Source of the DNA: an uncultured delta proteobacterium
GTDB taxonomy: Bacteria; Desulfobacterota; Binatia; UBA9968
Direction: 5' to 3'
DNA: 64,000 nt
Assembly: GCA_963728565.1 (NCBI GenBank)
Contig: CAVSLC010000025.1
Span: forward strand, 28,413-92,412
The translations under genes and the position numbers were made by a program. Shown piece by piece: positions 8,105 through 17,538 of the stretch (the first letter of the stretch is position 1; each line of letters opens with the position of its first letter). The notes below the pieces were generated by a model. That model saw only the letters and a program-made list of their open reading frames with translations. It ran no database searches and was not told the DNA's origin.

Positions 8105-9676
8105 TCAAATTCCCAACCTCTTTAATTTCTTGATCAACCCCTGGCGGCTGAGACCCAGGGCTTGGGCCGCTTTCTGTTTATTGCCGCCGGAGTCGCGCAG
8201 CGCTTCGGCGATCATGCGACGCTCGAGGGCTTCGACGGCATCGGGCAACGACTTGAACCAACGCGCCGGCGCCTCTGCGGCTTTTTCCATTGCCGGCTTT
8301 GTCAGTGCGGCTGTCGAGCCTTCAGGGGGTTTCTCCGGAGTGCGAATGGACGGATCGATATGTTCCTCCCCAATAGTTTTTCCTCTAACTGAAGCTACAA
8401 GGCGTTTGATCTCATTCTCTAGCTCCCGCTCGTTACCTGGCCAGTGATAACTTGTCAGGTACTCCAAGGCGGCCGGAGTAAACTGCTTTGGCTCGATCTT
8501 CATCGACTTGCAGTATTTCGCCAGAAAATGGTTTGCCAGCAGCGGAATATCTTCCGGTACTTCCCGCAAAGCCGGAGTTTCGATGTGGATCACTTTTAAG
8601 CGGTAGTATAGGTCGACGCGGAAGTGTCCGTTCTTGATCTCGGCTTCCAGATCTTTGTTGGTGGCGGCGATGATGCGCAGGTCCAGGGGCAGCGCCGTTC
8701 GGCCGCCGACCCGGGTGAGAGACCTTTCCTGGAGTATGCGCAGAATCTTGGCTTGCGAGGGCAAACTGAGATCGCCGATTTCGTCGAGGAATAACGTGCC
8801 GCCTTGAGCCTCTTCGAACTTGCCGCTACGCCGGTCCACGCCGGTGGCGATGCCTCTTTCAATGCCGAACAATTCCGCTTCGACGATGCTCTCAGGCAGA
8901 GCCGCACAATTGACCGCGACAAACGGATGTTTTGCTCGCGGGCTGTTGTAGTGCAAGGCCTTGGCCACCAACTCTTTGCCGGTTCCACTCTCGCCCTGAA
9001 TCAGCACGTCGACCGAACTATCGCGAATTTGATCGATGAGGCGCACGACCGACTGAATGCGATGGCTCATGCCGATGATGTTTCGGGTCGAGAATTCCCC
9101 GCCGATTTCCTTCCCGACCTCCGCGCCTTGTGGATTCGGTATTGCCCTATCAATCTGTGTAGTCTCAATGGCATCGCAGATATGGGAGGCCAGTGACTGA
9201 AGGATCTCGGCATCCTCGTTGGTGAACATGCCGCTCTTTTTGTTGATGGCTTCGCCGACACCGATGATTTCGCCGAGGGAATTTCTGATTGGCACGGCAA
9301 GCAGTGTTTTGGTGCGATAGCCGATCCTTTGATCGACTTCCTTGAAGAATAGCGGATGCTCGTAAGCATCGGCGACGTTGATCGTCTGGCCGTTCATCGC
9401 CGCTGCACCGGCTATGCCCAAGCGGGCATCGAACAGCAGAATTCTTTTCTCATTCTCATGGGTAATGACCGACCAGAGCTCGCATTTCTCGCGATCGAGA
9501 AGAAAAATGCTTGCCCGGTCGGCGTGAAGCAGCGCGGCAGCCTCGTTGGTGATCAGCTCCAGAAGAGAAATGATGTCCCCTACGGAGGTCATTCGTTTGC
9601 AGGCGTTGAGGACCGTTCGCAATTGTTCCAAGCGGGGCGTCTGGATTTCAGGAGAGGCTGGCACGGCTTCGTCCAT
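8105..9676 (-). CDS. sigma-54-dependent transcriptional activator, GAF sensor - AAA+ - Fis-type HTH
   Basis: Walker A GESGTGKE, GGTLFLDEIG, C-terminal HTH KQKAAQALGLSRQGLIKKLKRLGI, and an N-terminal GAF-like region. Confidence 0.9.
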   Translation of the reverse strand: MDEAVPASPEIQTPRLEQLRTVLNACKRMTSVGDIISLLELITNEAAALLHADRASIFLLDREKCELWSVITHENEKRILLFDARLGIAGAAAMNGQTINVADAYEHPLFFKEVDQRIGYRTKTLLAVPIRNSLGEIIGVGEAINKKSGMFTNEDAEILQSLASHICDAIETTQIDRAIPNPQGAEVGKEIGGEFSTRNIIGMSHRIQSVVRLIDQIRDSSVDVLIQGESGTGKELVAKALHYNSPRAKHPFVAVNCAALPESIVEAELFGIERGIATGVDRRSGKFEEAQGGTLFLDEIGDLSLPSQAKILRILQERSLTRVGGRTALPLDLRIIAATNKDLEAEIKNGHFRVDLYYRLKVIHIETPALREVPEDIPLLANHFLAKYCKSMKIEPKQFTPAALEYLTSYHWPGNERELENEIKRLVASVRGKTIGEEHIDPSIRTPEKPPEGSTAALTKPAMEKAAEAPARWFKSLPDAVEALERRMIAEALRDSGGNKQKAAQALGLSRQGLIKKLKRLGI

Positions 9677-9960
9677 CCGGTTCTGAGTAACACATCAGCA
9701 AAAACGCTGTCAACGAAGGTGACGCACTGTCAACGCCGTCGCTGTCCTGTGGCTTGCGTGTCAAGGCAGGTCTTCTCGCGATCATGGGCGGTCGATACGG
9801 CCATGGCGGCCCCGGCCGGGGACGGGAGAGGCATTCCCATTGCGGATTATGATTTCTCCTGGGATTGATGACCGGGGAGATAAACCAATGATGATCGGCT
9901 GATAGTTACTTTGGGATATTGCTCATTATTAAGCCTCTGTCCCGTAGTGAGGACGATCCA

Positions 9961-10962
9961 CTACTCCCGGCCTGCTTGAAGCTCCGAGTAATTTTCGATC
10001 CCAAGTTGCCTTTTTCCCGTTTCAAGCTCATGAATCATCGCTAAGACTCTTCGGCACAGGCCAACAGAGAGATTCATCCTTTCGCCTTCGCGAACGACGT
10101 AGCCCAATGTGAAGTCTACTTCCGTCGGTACTCCTTTCTGAATCTGCCGCAGCGGCCCTTTGCGGTCATCGTCTTTCCACGACTTTGCCATTTCATTGAT
10201 GACACCGAGCCTTCGGTCGATGGGAATACTTGGGTGAAGATCAGGCGGGTTGTATTCTGCGAGCCGAATAAAGCGTGCCCCGGCGGCAGTCCCTATTGCG
10301 ACCACTTCGGTTAAGAAATCCGCGAGCAACCGCCGGTTAGCATCGCCGGCGCAACTGGTCGCCAGCGCGACATCGGCAAGGGACCCAAAGAAGCCAAGGC
10401 ATGTATAAGTGAGCTTGCTCCAGAGCACGCCCAGGATGTTGTCGGAAATCTCGGTGTCTATCACTGGGTCCAGCAACTTGTGCAATCGACTCAGCTGCGG
10501 CGTCGTCCTGCCGTGCAAATGGCCGATATACAGATGCCCGCGGGTGGAAGTTTGGACATGACCTGGAGCAACCCTGCGGCAACCCATGCGGATGGCGATA
10601 CCCACGGTGCGCTCGGCGCCGACCTTTTCTTGGAGCAGGGGAGGATTGATGCCGTTTTGCATCGAGACCAGCAGCCCGTCATCGTTAAGGGCAGGGAGGA
10701 CCGTTGCAAGCGCATCAGGAGTATAGTTCGAACGCACGGCAATAAAGCCGATATCGAACTTGCCCTTTATCTCCTGCGGAAAAACAATGTTAACTTTGAC
10801 GTTGAAGGCGCCGTCAGGAACGTCCACCTGCAGTCCATTAGCGCGAATGGCCTCGATGTGTTCTTTATCAACATCGACGAACATGATGTCATGGCCGGCG
10901 CGCGCTAAACGGCCGCCGATAATTCCGCCGATGGGCCCAGTTCCGATTACGATTATGCGCAT
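9961..10962 (-). CDS. 2-dehydropantoate 2-reductase (PanE/ApbA) family oxidoreductase
   Basis: Rossmann start MRIIVIGTGPIGGIIGGRLARAGHD. The ORF is open to 11001, but the ATG at 10962 has an AAAGGA upstream and matches the usual family N-terminus. Confidence 0.75.
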   Translation of the reverse strand: MRIIVIGTGPIGGIIGGRLARAGHDIMFVDVDKEHIEAIRANGLQVDVPDGAFNVKVNIVFPQEIKGKFDIGFIAVRSNYTPDALATVLPALNDDGLLVSMQNGINPPLLQEKVGAERTVGIAIRMGCRRVAPGHVQTSTRGHLYIGHLHGRTTPQLSRLHKLLDPVIDTEISDNILGVLWSKLTYTCLGFFGSLADVALATSCAGDANRRLLADFLTEVVAIGTAAGARFIRLAEYNPPDLHPSIPIDRRLGVINEMAKSWKDDDRKGPLRQIQKGVPTEVDFTLGYVVREGERMNLSVGLCRRVLAMIHELETGKRQLGIENYSELQAGRE

Positions 10963-11087
10963 AAAGAAGATCCTTTTTATGTTTGAAATGACCGATTCCA
11001 TTCTTATGCGAAATCAAGCAATGGGGTCAAATCGTTCCCGAGCCCATCCACGGGAGCCGCAGTCCCGGAGAATCTAGGGTCCTTGTC

Positions 11088-11117
11088 TTGACCCTGCTTT
11101 CACAAGGTCTCTATACT
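11088..11117 (+). promoter_or_regulatory. sigma-70-like promoter TTGACC-N18-TATACT directly abutting the FIST gene start
   Basis: TTGACC at 11088-11093 and TATACT at 11112-11117. ATG at 11123 with no SD in between. Confidence 0.4.
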
Positions 11118-11122
11118 CAGTC

Positions 11123-12307
11123 ATGATACGCGCCGGAGTAGGATGGTCCACCGAAGCCTCCGCTGAGAAAGCCGTTGAGCAGGCTTTTGCCGCGGCTCTT
11201 GCCCGTGCAGAGATCAGGCAGGCTGATATGGCACTGATTGTTTTTACGGCGGAACACATGCGTGATCAGGAAAGACTTCGAAATGCTGTGTCTCACGCGT
11301 CCAACCACGCCGTCGTGGTCGGCTCCAGTGCCGCCGGTATTCTCACGGGCGAGGGCGAAGTCGAGGGCAGTCATGGGATCGCAGTACTTGCGCTTGCTTC
11401 CGATCAACTGCAAACGAACGCTTTTTTGTTTGAACCGCTGCGCGGGCATGATGCCGAAGCGGGAGCGAGAATAGCGAAACTCACCGGACCCGGCCCGGGT
11501 GGCAATCTGCTCACAGTGCTTATGCCTGACAGCTACAATGGCCAGGCGCAGGAAATGCTGCAAGCGATGGCGCGCGAGATCGGCTACTCGCCGGTAATCG
11601 GAGCAGGCTCTTCGGAGAGTGGCGTTGCCGGCGCGACTTTTCAATTGTGCAACGATAAGGTTGCCACCAATGCCGTCACCGGCCTCCATTTGTCGGGTTC
11701 GTTTGAGTCATTTATCGACATTACGCAAGGCTGCCAGCCGATTACCGAGCCGCTGGTGATCACCAGGGCCGATGGAAATATCATCTATGAGATCGATAAC
11801 CGTCCAGCGTTTGAGGTCTTTACCTCTGTGCTCAAGGGGCCGTTGCTCGAAGATCTCAGGCGGGCATTGATGTACGTATTCGTCGGCGTGCCAGCTGATC
11901 GCCGCAGGAATACCGTGGGCGGAGGCGAGTATCTAGTACGCAACATCATCGGCTTGGATTCCGAGAAAAAAATCATCGGTGTCGCGGACGAAGTAACTGA
12001 AGGACAAGCGATGATTTTCACGTTGCGCGACGGGCATAGGGCGCGCGACGATCTGGGACAAATGCTAAAGCGTCAGGCGCAACGCCTGGACGGCAAAAAG
12101 CCGGTTTTCGGTGTTTACTTCAACTGTTGCGCGCGCGGCGCCTCGCTGTACGGCATCCCCGGCATCGACAGCGCTTACATTCGGCAGGTTCTGGGGGATT
12201 TCCCTTTGATCGGAATGTTTGGTGGATACGAGCTTGCGCCTCTGGGTGGCGCGAACCATCTTTTTGCCTATACAGGCGTCTTGGCGCTGATCGCAGAAGG
12301 GAATTGA
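11123..12307 (+). CDS. FIST (N + C) domain signal-transduction protein
   Basis: Length (~394 aa) and pattern fit the family: ADMALIVFTAEH..GSSAAGILTGEGEVE, and a C-terminal GMFGGYELAPLGG.NHLFAYTGVLALI. Confidence 0.65.
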   Translation: MIRAGVGWSTEASAEKAVEQAFAAALARAEIRQADMALIVFTAEHMRDQERLRNAVSHASNHAVVVGSSAAGILTGEGEVEGSHGIAVLALASDQLQTNAFLFEPLRGHDAEAGARIAKLTGPGPGGNLLTVLMPDSYNGQAQEMLQAMAREIGYSPVIGAGSSESGVAGATFQLCNDKVATNAVTGLHLSGSFESFIDITQGCQPITEPLVITRADGNIIYEIDNRPAFEVFTSVLKGPLLEDLRRALMYVFVGVPADRRRNTVGGGEYLVRNIIGLDSEKKIIGVADEVTEGQAMIFTLRDGHRARDDLGQMLKRQAQRLDGKKPVFGVYFNCCARGASLYGIPGIDSAYIRQVLGDFPLIGMFGGYELAPLGGANHLFAYTGVLALIAEGN

Positions 12308-12400
12308 TCGGCGACTTAGAAAGGAGATCCGCAGCGGACTTCAAGCGACATTTCAGACGTGGTTAATACTGGTGCGAACAGAGGGAATCATCGCCTCTAA

Positions 12401-14227
12401 TTAGCGGCTGCCGATCCGCTTGCGTTTATTCGCCAGATAATCGACCACGATGTAGTTGCCCATCTGATCGGGCGAGGTATAAAAAACTCGGCCGGCGTTG
12501 AGCCGGGAGAGCTGGTCAACGAAACCCTGCCGATAAAAATCTGCGCCCAGCATGAAGGTATTGATCTTGATCCCGTTTTGGGTGCAACGCCTGACCTCCT
12601 TGAGAGTTTCACGAACAATGCGGCCGTGCAGCATTGCTGAGCCCCAGCCGCTGTGCAATCTGCCGCCCTGATCAAGAGTCGCGGCGGTGGGTTCGCCGTC
12701 GGTGATGAGAATGATTTGGCGATTTGCCGATCGGTTTGAACCGAGAAGCTGACGCGCGAAACGAAGCGCTTCTTTGATATCGGTGCCATGCTCCATGAAA
12801 TACGTCAGTGAGACAATCGACGGCAAATCTTCGGCTCTGATTATTTTCGCGTTTGACCGGAATGCCACCAGATGGAGCTTGTCTTGGGGAAATTTCGTTT
12901 CAATCAAGCGATGCAGCGCGAGGGCAACCTTTTTGCCAGCGTGTAACGCGTCATTCATTAGCATCGAGTAGCTGACGTCGATGCACAGGACAGTTTCACT
13001 ATCCGTCGAGAACTCGTTGCGATGAACCGAAAAATCTTCCGGCCTTAAACGAACTGGAACGCTGCGGTTGCCGCTCTCCAGCGCGTTCATCAGTGTCTCG
13101 CTGATATTTACATTGAGCGGATCACCAAACTCATAGGGCTTGGTTTGTTCCAGCTGCTCACCTTGAGAGCCGCGCGCAGAGGTGGAGTGATCACCCCAGC
13201 GGTTCTTGTTGAGCATGTGGAATATTTCCCGCAGCGCCTTATCGCCGATTTTTCTCATCCCCTTCGGCGTGAGTCTCATGCCGTGACCGGTCCGTATGAT
13301 GTACCCTTCTTCTTCGAGCATCTGTTCAACGCCCTTGAGATATTTAAGCTGCTCGTAGGCGTCTTCGCCTAACATATTGCGAATCTCATCCAGATCGAGC
13401 TCGGACGGATCGCCCATGCCGCGCTGACCCCAACGAAGAAATTTTTCCAAACCGCGTAATTGTCCGAGGATCTGGCCTGCTTCACCCATGCCCATCCGTT
13501 GCGAACCCTGAAACGGATACTGGTTCATCAGCTGCTCAAGTTGTTGCATCTGATTCATCATGTCACTGAGCTGCTGCAACTGCTCTTGGGTGAGTGAGTC
13601 GAGATTATCCAGCATATTGTCCAGATCATCGACCGCGGCATCGAGCATATTGGGCAGATTCTTCAGGAAGTTTTCATCCTCCAGCAGCTTATTCATCCGG
13701 TCCAACATGTTCATCATGCCCTGATAATCCTGCCCGCCGGGATTGGTAGACTGTTGACTGCTGCGGTCTGCGATCTGATTTTTCAAACGTTTCTGCAATT
13801 CTTGATAACGCTGATAAGCCTCCTTCATCTTACGGTTCATCTCGTCCATGCTGTCGGCATAACGACCCGAGAGACGTTCCATAAAGTTGCGCATTTTATC
13901 GTGATACGCTTCGAGCTTTTCAGCGAGGCTGTTGAGCTTGTCGCTAAGTTGCTGGGTTTCTTCCGGGCTCAATTTGAATGAGTCGGGAGAATACTTGTTG
14001 AGCAATTCTCGCCGCTTCTCGTCGGCTTGCCGAAGAAAGTCACGCATGCCTTTGACCGAACGCTGGCCATCTTCCGATGTCAGGCCGCGCCGCATCAGAT
14101 CGCGTAGGGCACGCCGCACTCCTTCTTCCTCGAGAAGGTTGTCGGATAAATGTTTGAGTAGATCTTCGGTGGTGGGAAAGAGAACCTGTTGTGTGCCATC
14201 CCAGTGAGTATAGCGATGGATTCTCAT
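12401..14227 (-). CDS. von Willebrand factor A (VWA) domain protein with a long Met/Asn/Gln-rich helical N-terminal half
   Basis: MIDAS motif LCIDVSYSM, and ILITDGEPTA near the C-terminus. Confidence 0.8.
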   Translation of the reverse strand: MRIHRYTHWDGTQQVLFPTTEDLLKHLSDNLLEEEGVRRALRDLMRRGLTSEDGQRSVKGMRDFLRQADEKRRELLNKYSPDSFKLSPEETQQLSDKLNSLAEKLEAYHDKMRNFMERLSGRYADSMDEMNRKMKEAYQRYQELQKRLKNQIADRSSQQSTNPGGQDYQGMMNMLDRMNKLLEDENFLKNLPNMLDAAVDDLDNMLDNLDSLTQEQLQQLSDMMNQMQQLEQLMNQYPFQGSQRMGMGEAGQILGQLRGLEKFLRWGQRGMGDPSELDLDEIRNMLGEDAYEQLKYLKGVEQMLEEEGYIIRTGHGMRLTPKGMRKIGDKALREIFHMLNKNRWGDHSTSARGSQGEQLEQTKPYEFGDPLNVNISETLMNALESGNRSVPVRLRPEDFSVHRNEFSTDSETVLCIDVSYSMLMNDALHAGKKVALALHRLIETKFPQDKLHLVAFRSNAKIIRAEDLPSIVSLTYFMEHGTDIKEALRFARQLLGSNRSANRQIILITDGEPTAATLDQGGRLHSGWGSAMLHGRIVRETLKEVRRCTQNGIKINTFMLGADFYRQGFVDQLSRLNAGRVFYTSPDQMGNYIVVDYLANKRKRIGSR

Positions 14228-14376
14228 ATGGCTTGACTATAGCCCAGTTCATAAGTGAAAAAAACCCTATTTTGCAAACGAATGGAAAGGTAAATGGGAG
14301 CCGTAAAGGATCTGTTCGCTATGGCCGAATCCGCTAGAATCCGCTATGAATATTCTTCGAAGGATCGATCTGAAGT

Positions 14377-15489
14377 ATGATTTCGGCTGAATGTGTAATC
14401 ATCGGCGCTGGTTTTGCCGGCGCCGCCACCGCTTATCATCTCGCCCGCCGCGGTGTAGCCGATATCATCCTGTTGGAACAAGAAGCTATCCCGGGCTTTC
14501 ATTCGTCGGGTCGCAATGCGGCGATGATCCGTCAATGCGTCTCTGAGCCTGCTCTCTTTGATCTGACCCGAGACGGCGCCGCTTTCCTGCGTAATTTGCC
14601 CGGCGACTGGCCCGTCCCCGTGCAGTTCAAACAGAATGGCTCACTCCTGCTCGGTAGCGCTGACGGCTGGAAAAAGCTGCAAAAGGAAGCCGAGATCGGT
14701 CGCAGTTTAGGAGTCGACGTGGAGCTGTGGACGACTGCGCAGGCGCGGCGGCAGGTCGCGGCTTTACAGGATGCGCAGTTCGACGGCGCTGTATGGTGCG
14801 CTACTGATGGCGTTGTCGATATTCATGGACTGCTCTCAGGCTATTTGAAGTACGCCACTGCTCATGGGACGAAAGTTCATTATGGGGCTGATGTTTGCGT
14901 CATCCGGCGCACGGCAGATGATGCCTTCGAGCTGCGCACCAAGAATCAAATGATTACTACGCGCATCTTGATAAACGCCGGCGGCGCATGGGCCAATGTC
15001 GTGGCGCAAATGGCCGGAGCTAGTGCGTTACCGCTTCGTCCCTACCGCCGCCATCTATTTACCTCGCCGCCATTAACTTGGGTCGATTCGCGTTGGCCTT
15101 TCGTCTGGGATGTGACACATGATATTTACTTTCGACCCGAGGGCGAGGGGCTGCTACTTTGCGCCTGTGATCAGCAGGAATTAGCCCCCGGAGATCCGCC
15201 GCTGGATCCGACGATTGGTGAACTGCTTGCGGAAAAGATTCAGCGCTACATGCCCGCGCTGGAAGGTGTGTCGATTCACAAATACTGGGCCGGCTTTAGA
15301 ACGATTTCAAGCGATGGTCGTTTTGTCATTGGCTGGGATCCCCGCCTCGTGGGGTTTTTCTGGGTGGCGGGTCTCGGCGGGCATGGAGTAACGACCAGCT
15401 CGGCGGTCGGTGCGCTCGCCGCAGACTTGATAATCGCTGGAGCTGGCAAAAAGGCCGCGGCTTTTTCGCCCGCTAGGTTCATCAAATAA
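14377..15489 (+). CDS. FAD-dependent oxidoreductase (DAO / glycine-D-amino-acid oxidase family)
   Basis: Dinucleotide-binding start VIIGAGFAGAATAYHLARRG, and GGHGVT near the C-terminus. Confidence 0.8.
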   Translation: MISAECVIIGAGFAGAATAYHLARRGVADIILLEQEAIPGFHSSGRNAAMIRQCVSEPALFDLTRDGAAFLRNLPGDWPVPVQFKQNGSLLLGSADGWKKLQKEAEIGRSLGVDVELWTTAQARRQVAALQDAQFDGAVWCATDGVVDIHGLLSGYLKYATAHGTKVHYGADVCVIRRTADDAFELRTKNQMITTRILINAGGAWANVVAQMAGASALPLRPYRRHLFTSPPLTWVDSRWPFVWDVTHDIYFRPEGEGLLLCACDQQELAPGDPPLDPTIGELLAEKIQRYMPALEGVSIHKYWAGFRTISSDGRFVIGWDPRLVGFFWVAGLGGHGVTTSSAVGALAADLIIAGAGKKAAAFSPARFIK

Positions 15490-15808
15490 AGATCCGTGTT
15501 TTCTTCGGGTGAGCTGATTGCTCGAGGCTGATCTTCGAAGACAAAATAGTGAAGTGCAGCTTAGATGGAAGGTATTGGGCGGCGCAGTTGTTCAAGATGC
15601 GAACTCATTCTCGGTCCGGAGACCATTCCGTCACTCCTTTTTCTAACAACTCAGCGGACGACTGAAGCAGAGCGAATTTCAGCGGCCGCTCGAAAGTCAG
15701 CAATTACACCGTCGTCTGCCAGGCGCAAGGATTCAATGCGGTAAGAGTTGCAAGCCGGCCATCTACTCGAGAGACAGACAAGCTTCACAGCGCTAGTTTC
15801 CCAACTGC

Positions 15809-15994
15809 TCAATCGTGTTGCTCACTGCTTCGTCCGCTTTTACGCAGCGGCTCCAGCTGCTCGCTGTTCCATTTACGGATGCCGAATCGCCTTGTGGGCT
15901 TTGGTAATTTGCCGTCCCTTATCCACCCTTCAATGGTCCGCTTAGAAACGCCGAAGAGCTGAGCGACCTGGTCTACGTTTAATAATTTGCGCAT
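15809..15994 (-). CDS. excisionase/AlpA-family helix-turn-helix DNA-binding protein
   Basis: LLNVDQVAQLFGVSKRTIEGWIRDGKLP is the typical HTH_17/Xis pattern. Confidence 0.6.
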   Translation of the reverse strand: MRKLLNVDQVAQLFGVSKRTIEGWIRDGKLPKPTRRFGIRKWNSEQLEPLRKSGRSSEQHD

Positions 15995-16209
15995 TGGTTG
16001 AGATGGACCTATGGGAGACTATAGTAGCAGCAAACGGGATCCGAATTCACGTGCAGACACTGTTTTTTCGAAGGAGTCGCAAGTAGTCTGAACGCCTCCT
16101 CCAGACTTGTCACTAGCTCATCGTAGGATGAACCGGCTTCCTCATAACAAAGCGCGTCCTGATCGTGTCCTAGTTTGCTTCAGATGCGGATTATGTTAAA
16201 AAATTCGCT

Positions 16210-16419
16210 GTGACGCGATCGGATTTGCTGGCGGCGTGGGGGATGGGGCTGATTATTGTAGGGGTAGCTTTTTTCCTGGTGCGCGATCTTCGGCGTCGAT
16301 TTGAGCGAATCGATCTTTTTTTTGATCAATTGGAAGGCCGCTTTCGGTATGTGCCTTTTATAGCTCCGGCTTCCGCTTTACTGGGGGCTGTTTTGATGCT
16401 GTTGGCGCTCGTGGTTTAA
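16210..16419 (+). CDS. small two-TM hypothetical membrane protein
   Basis: GTG start and two hydrophobic segments. No motif. Confidence 0.3.
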   Translation: MTRSDLLAAWGMGLIIVGVAFFLVRDLRRRFERIDLFFDQLEGRFRYVPFIAPASALLGAVLMLLALVV

Positions 16420-16463
16420 TGCGTGCGTCAGTCAAATGATCTTCGAACGCGCAGATAGCGGAG

Positions 16464-16507
16464 CGGGAAGCGACCGGATCGATGGATTCCTCGCTTCCGG
16501 AGTTTTA
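16464..16507 (+). terminator. hairpin between convergent genes, possible intrinsic terminator
   Basis: GGAAGCGA (16466-16473) pairs with TCGCTTCC (16491-16498), followed by AGTTTTA. Confidence 0.4.
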
Positions 16508-17128
16508 GGATTCGCGGCGCTCTAGCAGAACTTTCGTTCCACTGTCATCCAAGAAAAAACGTTCCCCCTCTTTACTCTCGAATATCGGGCGACCGTCAGC
16601 TCTAATCCGAGTCACCCATACCTTCAGTTCCGGTTCGGTTCGCTTTCGATGTAATTGAAATTGCGGCGCTGCCGTTTTTTTCGTAATAGTCTCTATTTTG
16701 TGATGACTTTGAGAGTTTTGAGGATTGGTCGGCTTGGCCATTTCCTTACGCGAGATGCGCTGGCTCCGGTTGTTGGGTTGCGCGCGATTTACTGAACGAG
16801 CGTCCTTGATCACATCGAATGGAGCCGCTTCCGGCTCAAGGGTGGTTTCTACGATCGCGCCCGACTGCTCGGGGGTAGTTGTCGAATCTGCATACGGCCA
16901 CGTGCGCCCCAAAGCGATGTACTGATTTTTCAATCTTTGAACCATCTGAGTTTTGGAATCGAAGCTCAGCCGCCTATAGGGGCCGTCATGGCAATGATAG
17001 TACTTTTGATCCTGATCGTGATGACACCCGAATTGATCCAACCGTCCGTCGTGAGCCTGAGCTGGTGACAGCGAAGACGAAGTGGTGCTCGCGAGCGCAA
17101 AGCACAAAATGATTATTCTCTTATACAT
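16505..17128 (-). CDS. secreted YHYH-domain protein
   Basis: Signal peptide MYKRIIILCFALASTTSSSLSPAQA, and the motif DQFGCHHDQDQKYYHCH. Confidence 0.6.
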   Translation of the reverse strand: MYKRIIILCFALASTTSSSLSPAQAHDGRLDQFGCHHDQDQKYYHCHDGPYRRLSFDSKTQMVQRLKNQYIALGRTWPYADSTTTPEQSGAIVETTLEPEAAPFDVIKDARSVNRAQPNNRSQRISRKEMAKPTNPQNSQSHHKIETITKKTAAPQFQLHRKRTEPELKVWVTRIRADGRPIFESKEGERFFLDDSGTKVLLERRES

Positions 17129-17538
17129 CGGAAACTCCAGATGTCGGAAAATGTTGACTAGCGATTTCTTCCAGTGTCGCAGGCAGATGCATACTTCGTT
17201 CCAGGGCAGAAGCTAGTAATTACTCGTAATCAAAAGACCTTTAGGGCAGGGCGTTTGACAGTGCTGCCCGAGGCGATGGCGTCACTGACACAGGCGATGT
17301 CGACGCTGCGATGCTTAGGGACTGAGAACGATGAACGTCGAAGTTAGCTAAGCCGCCGAGTTGCCGTTGAAGCGTCCGGAGGCCGGTAATGAATGCAAAG
17401 CGCTTCCGTGCAAGTCCGAGCATGTTGGTTACCATCTGTGAGCGCCCGCTTGACATTCATTCAAGAAGCAGATCAATGAGCGTCCAGATTGATGACTTTG
17501 CCCATCTTCGTTGACAGCCTGCGCTCGTTTCCGCTAGG

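Noticed and set aside
17240-17345. Leader upstream of the formamidase gene containing UAGGG, a GGGCAG/CUGCCC helix, CCGAG and ACAC.GG, reminiscent of a guanidine-I (ykkC) riboswitch.
   Set aside because: The 3' half of the motif (CGGGA-AAA-GCCCGGGAGA hairpin) is absent, and the element lies ~200 nt from the start codon. The resemblance is limited to short generic strings.
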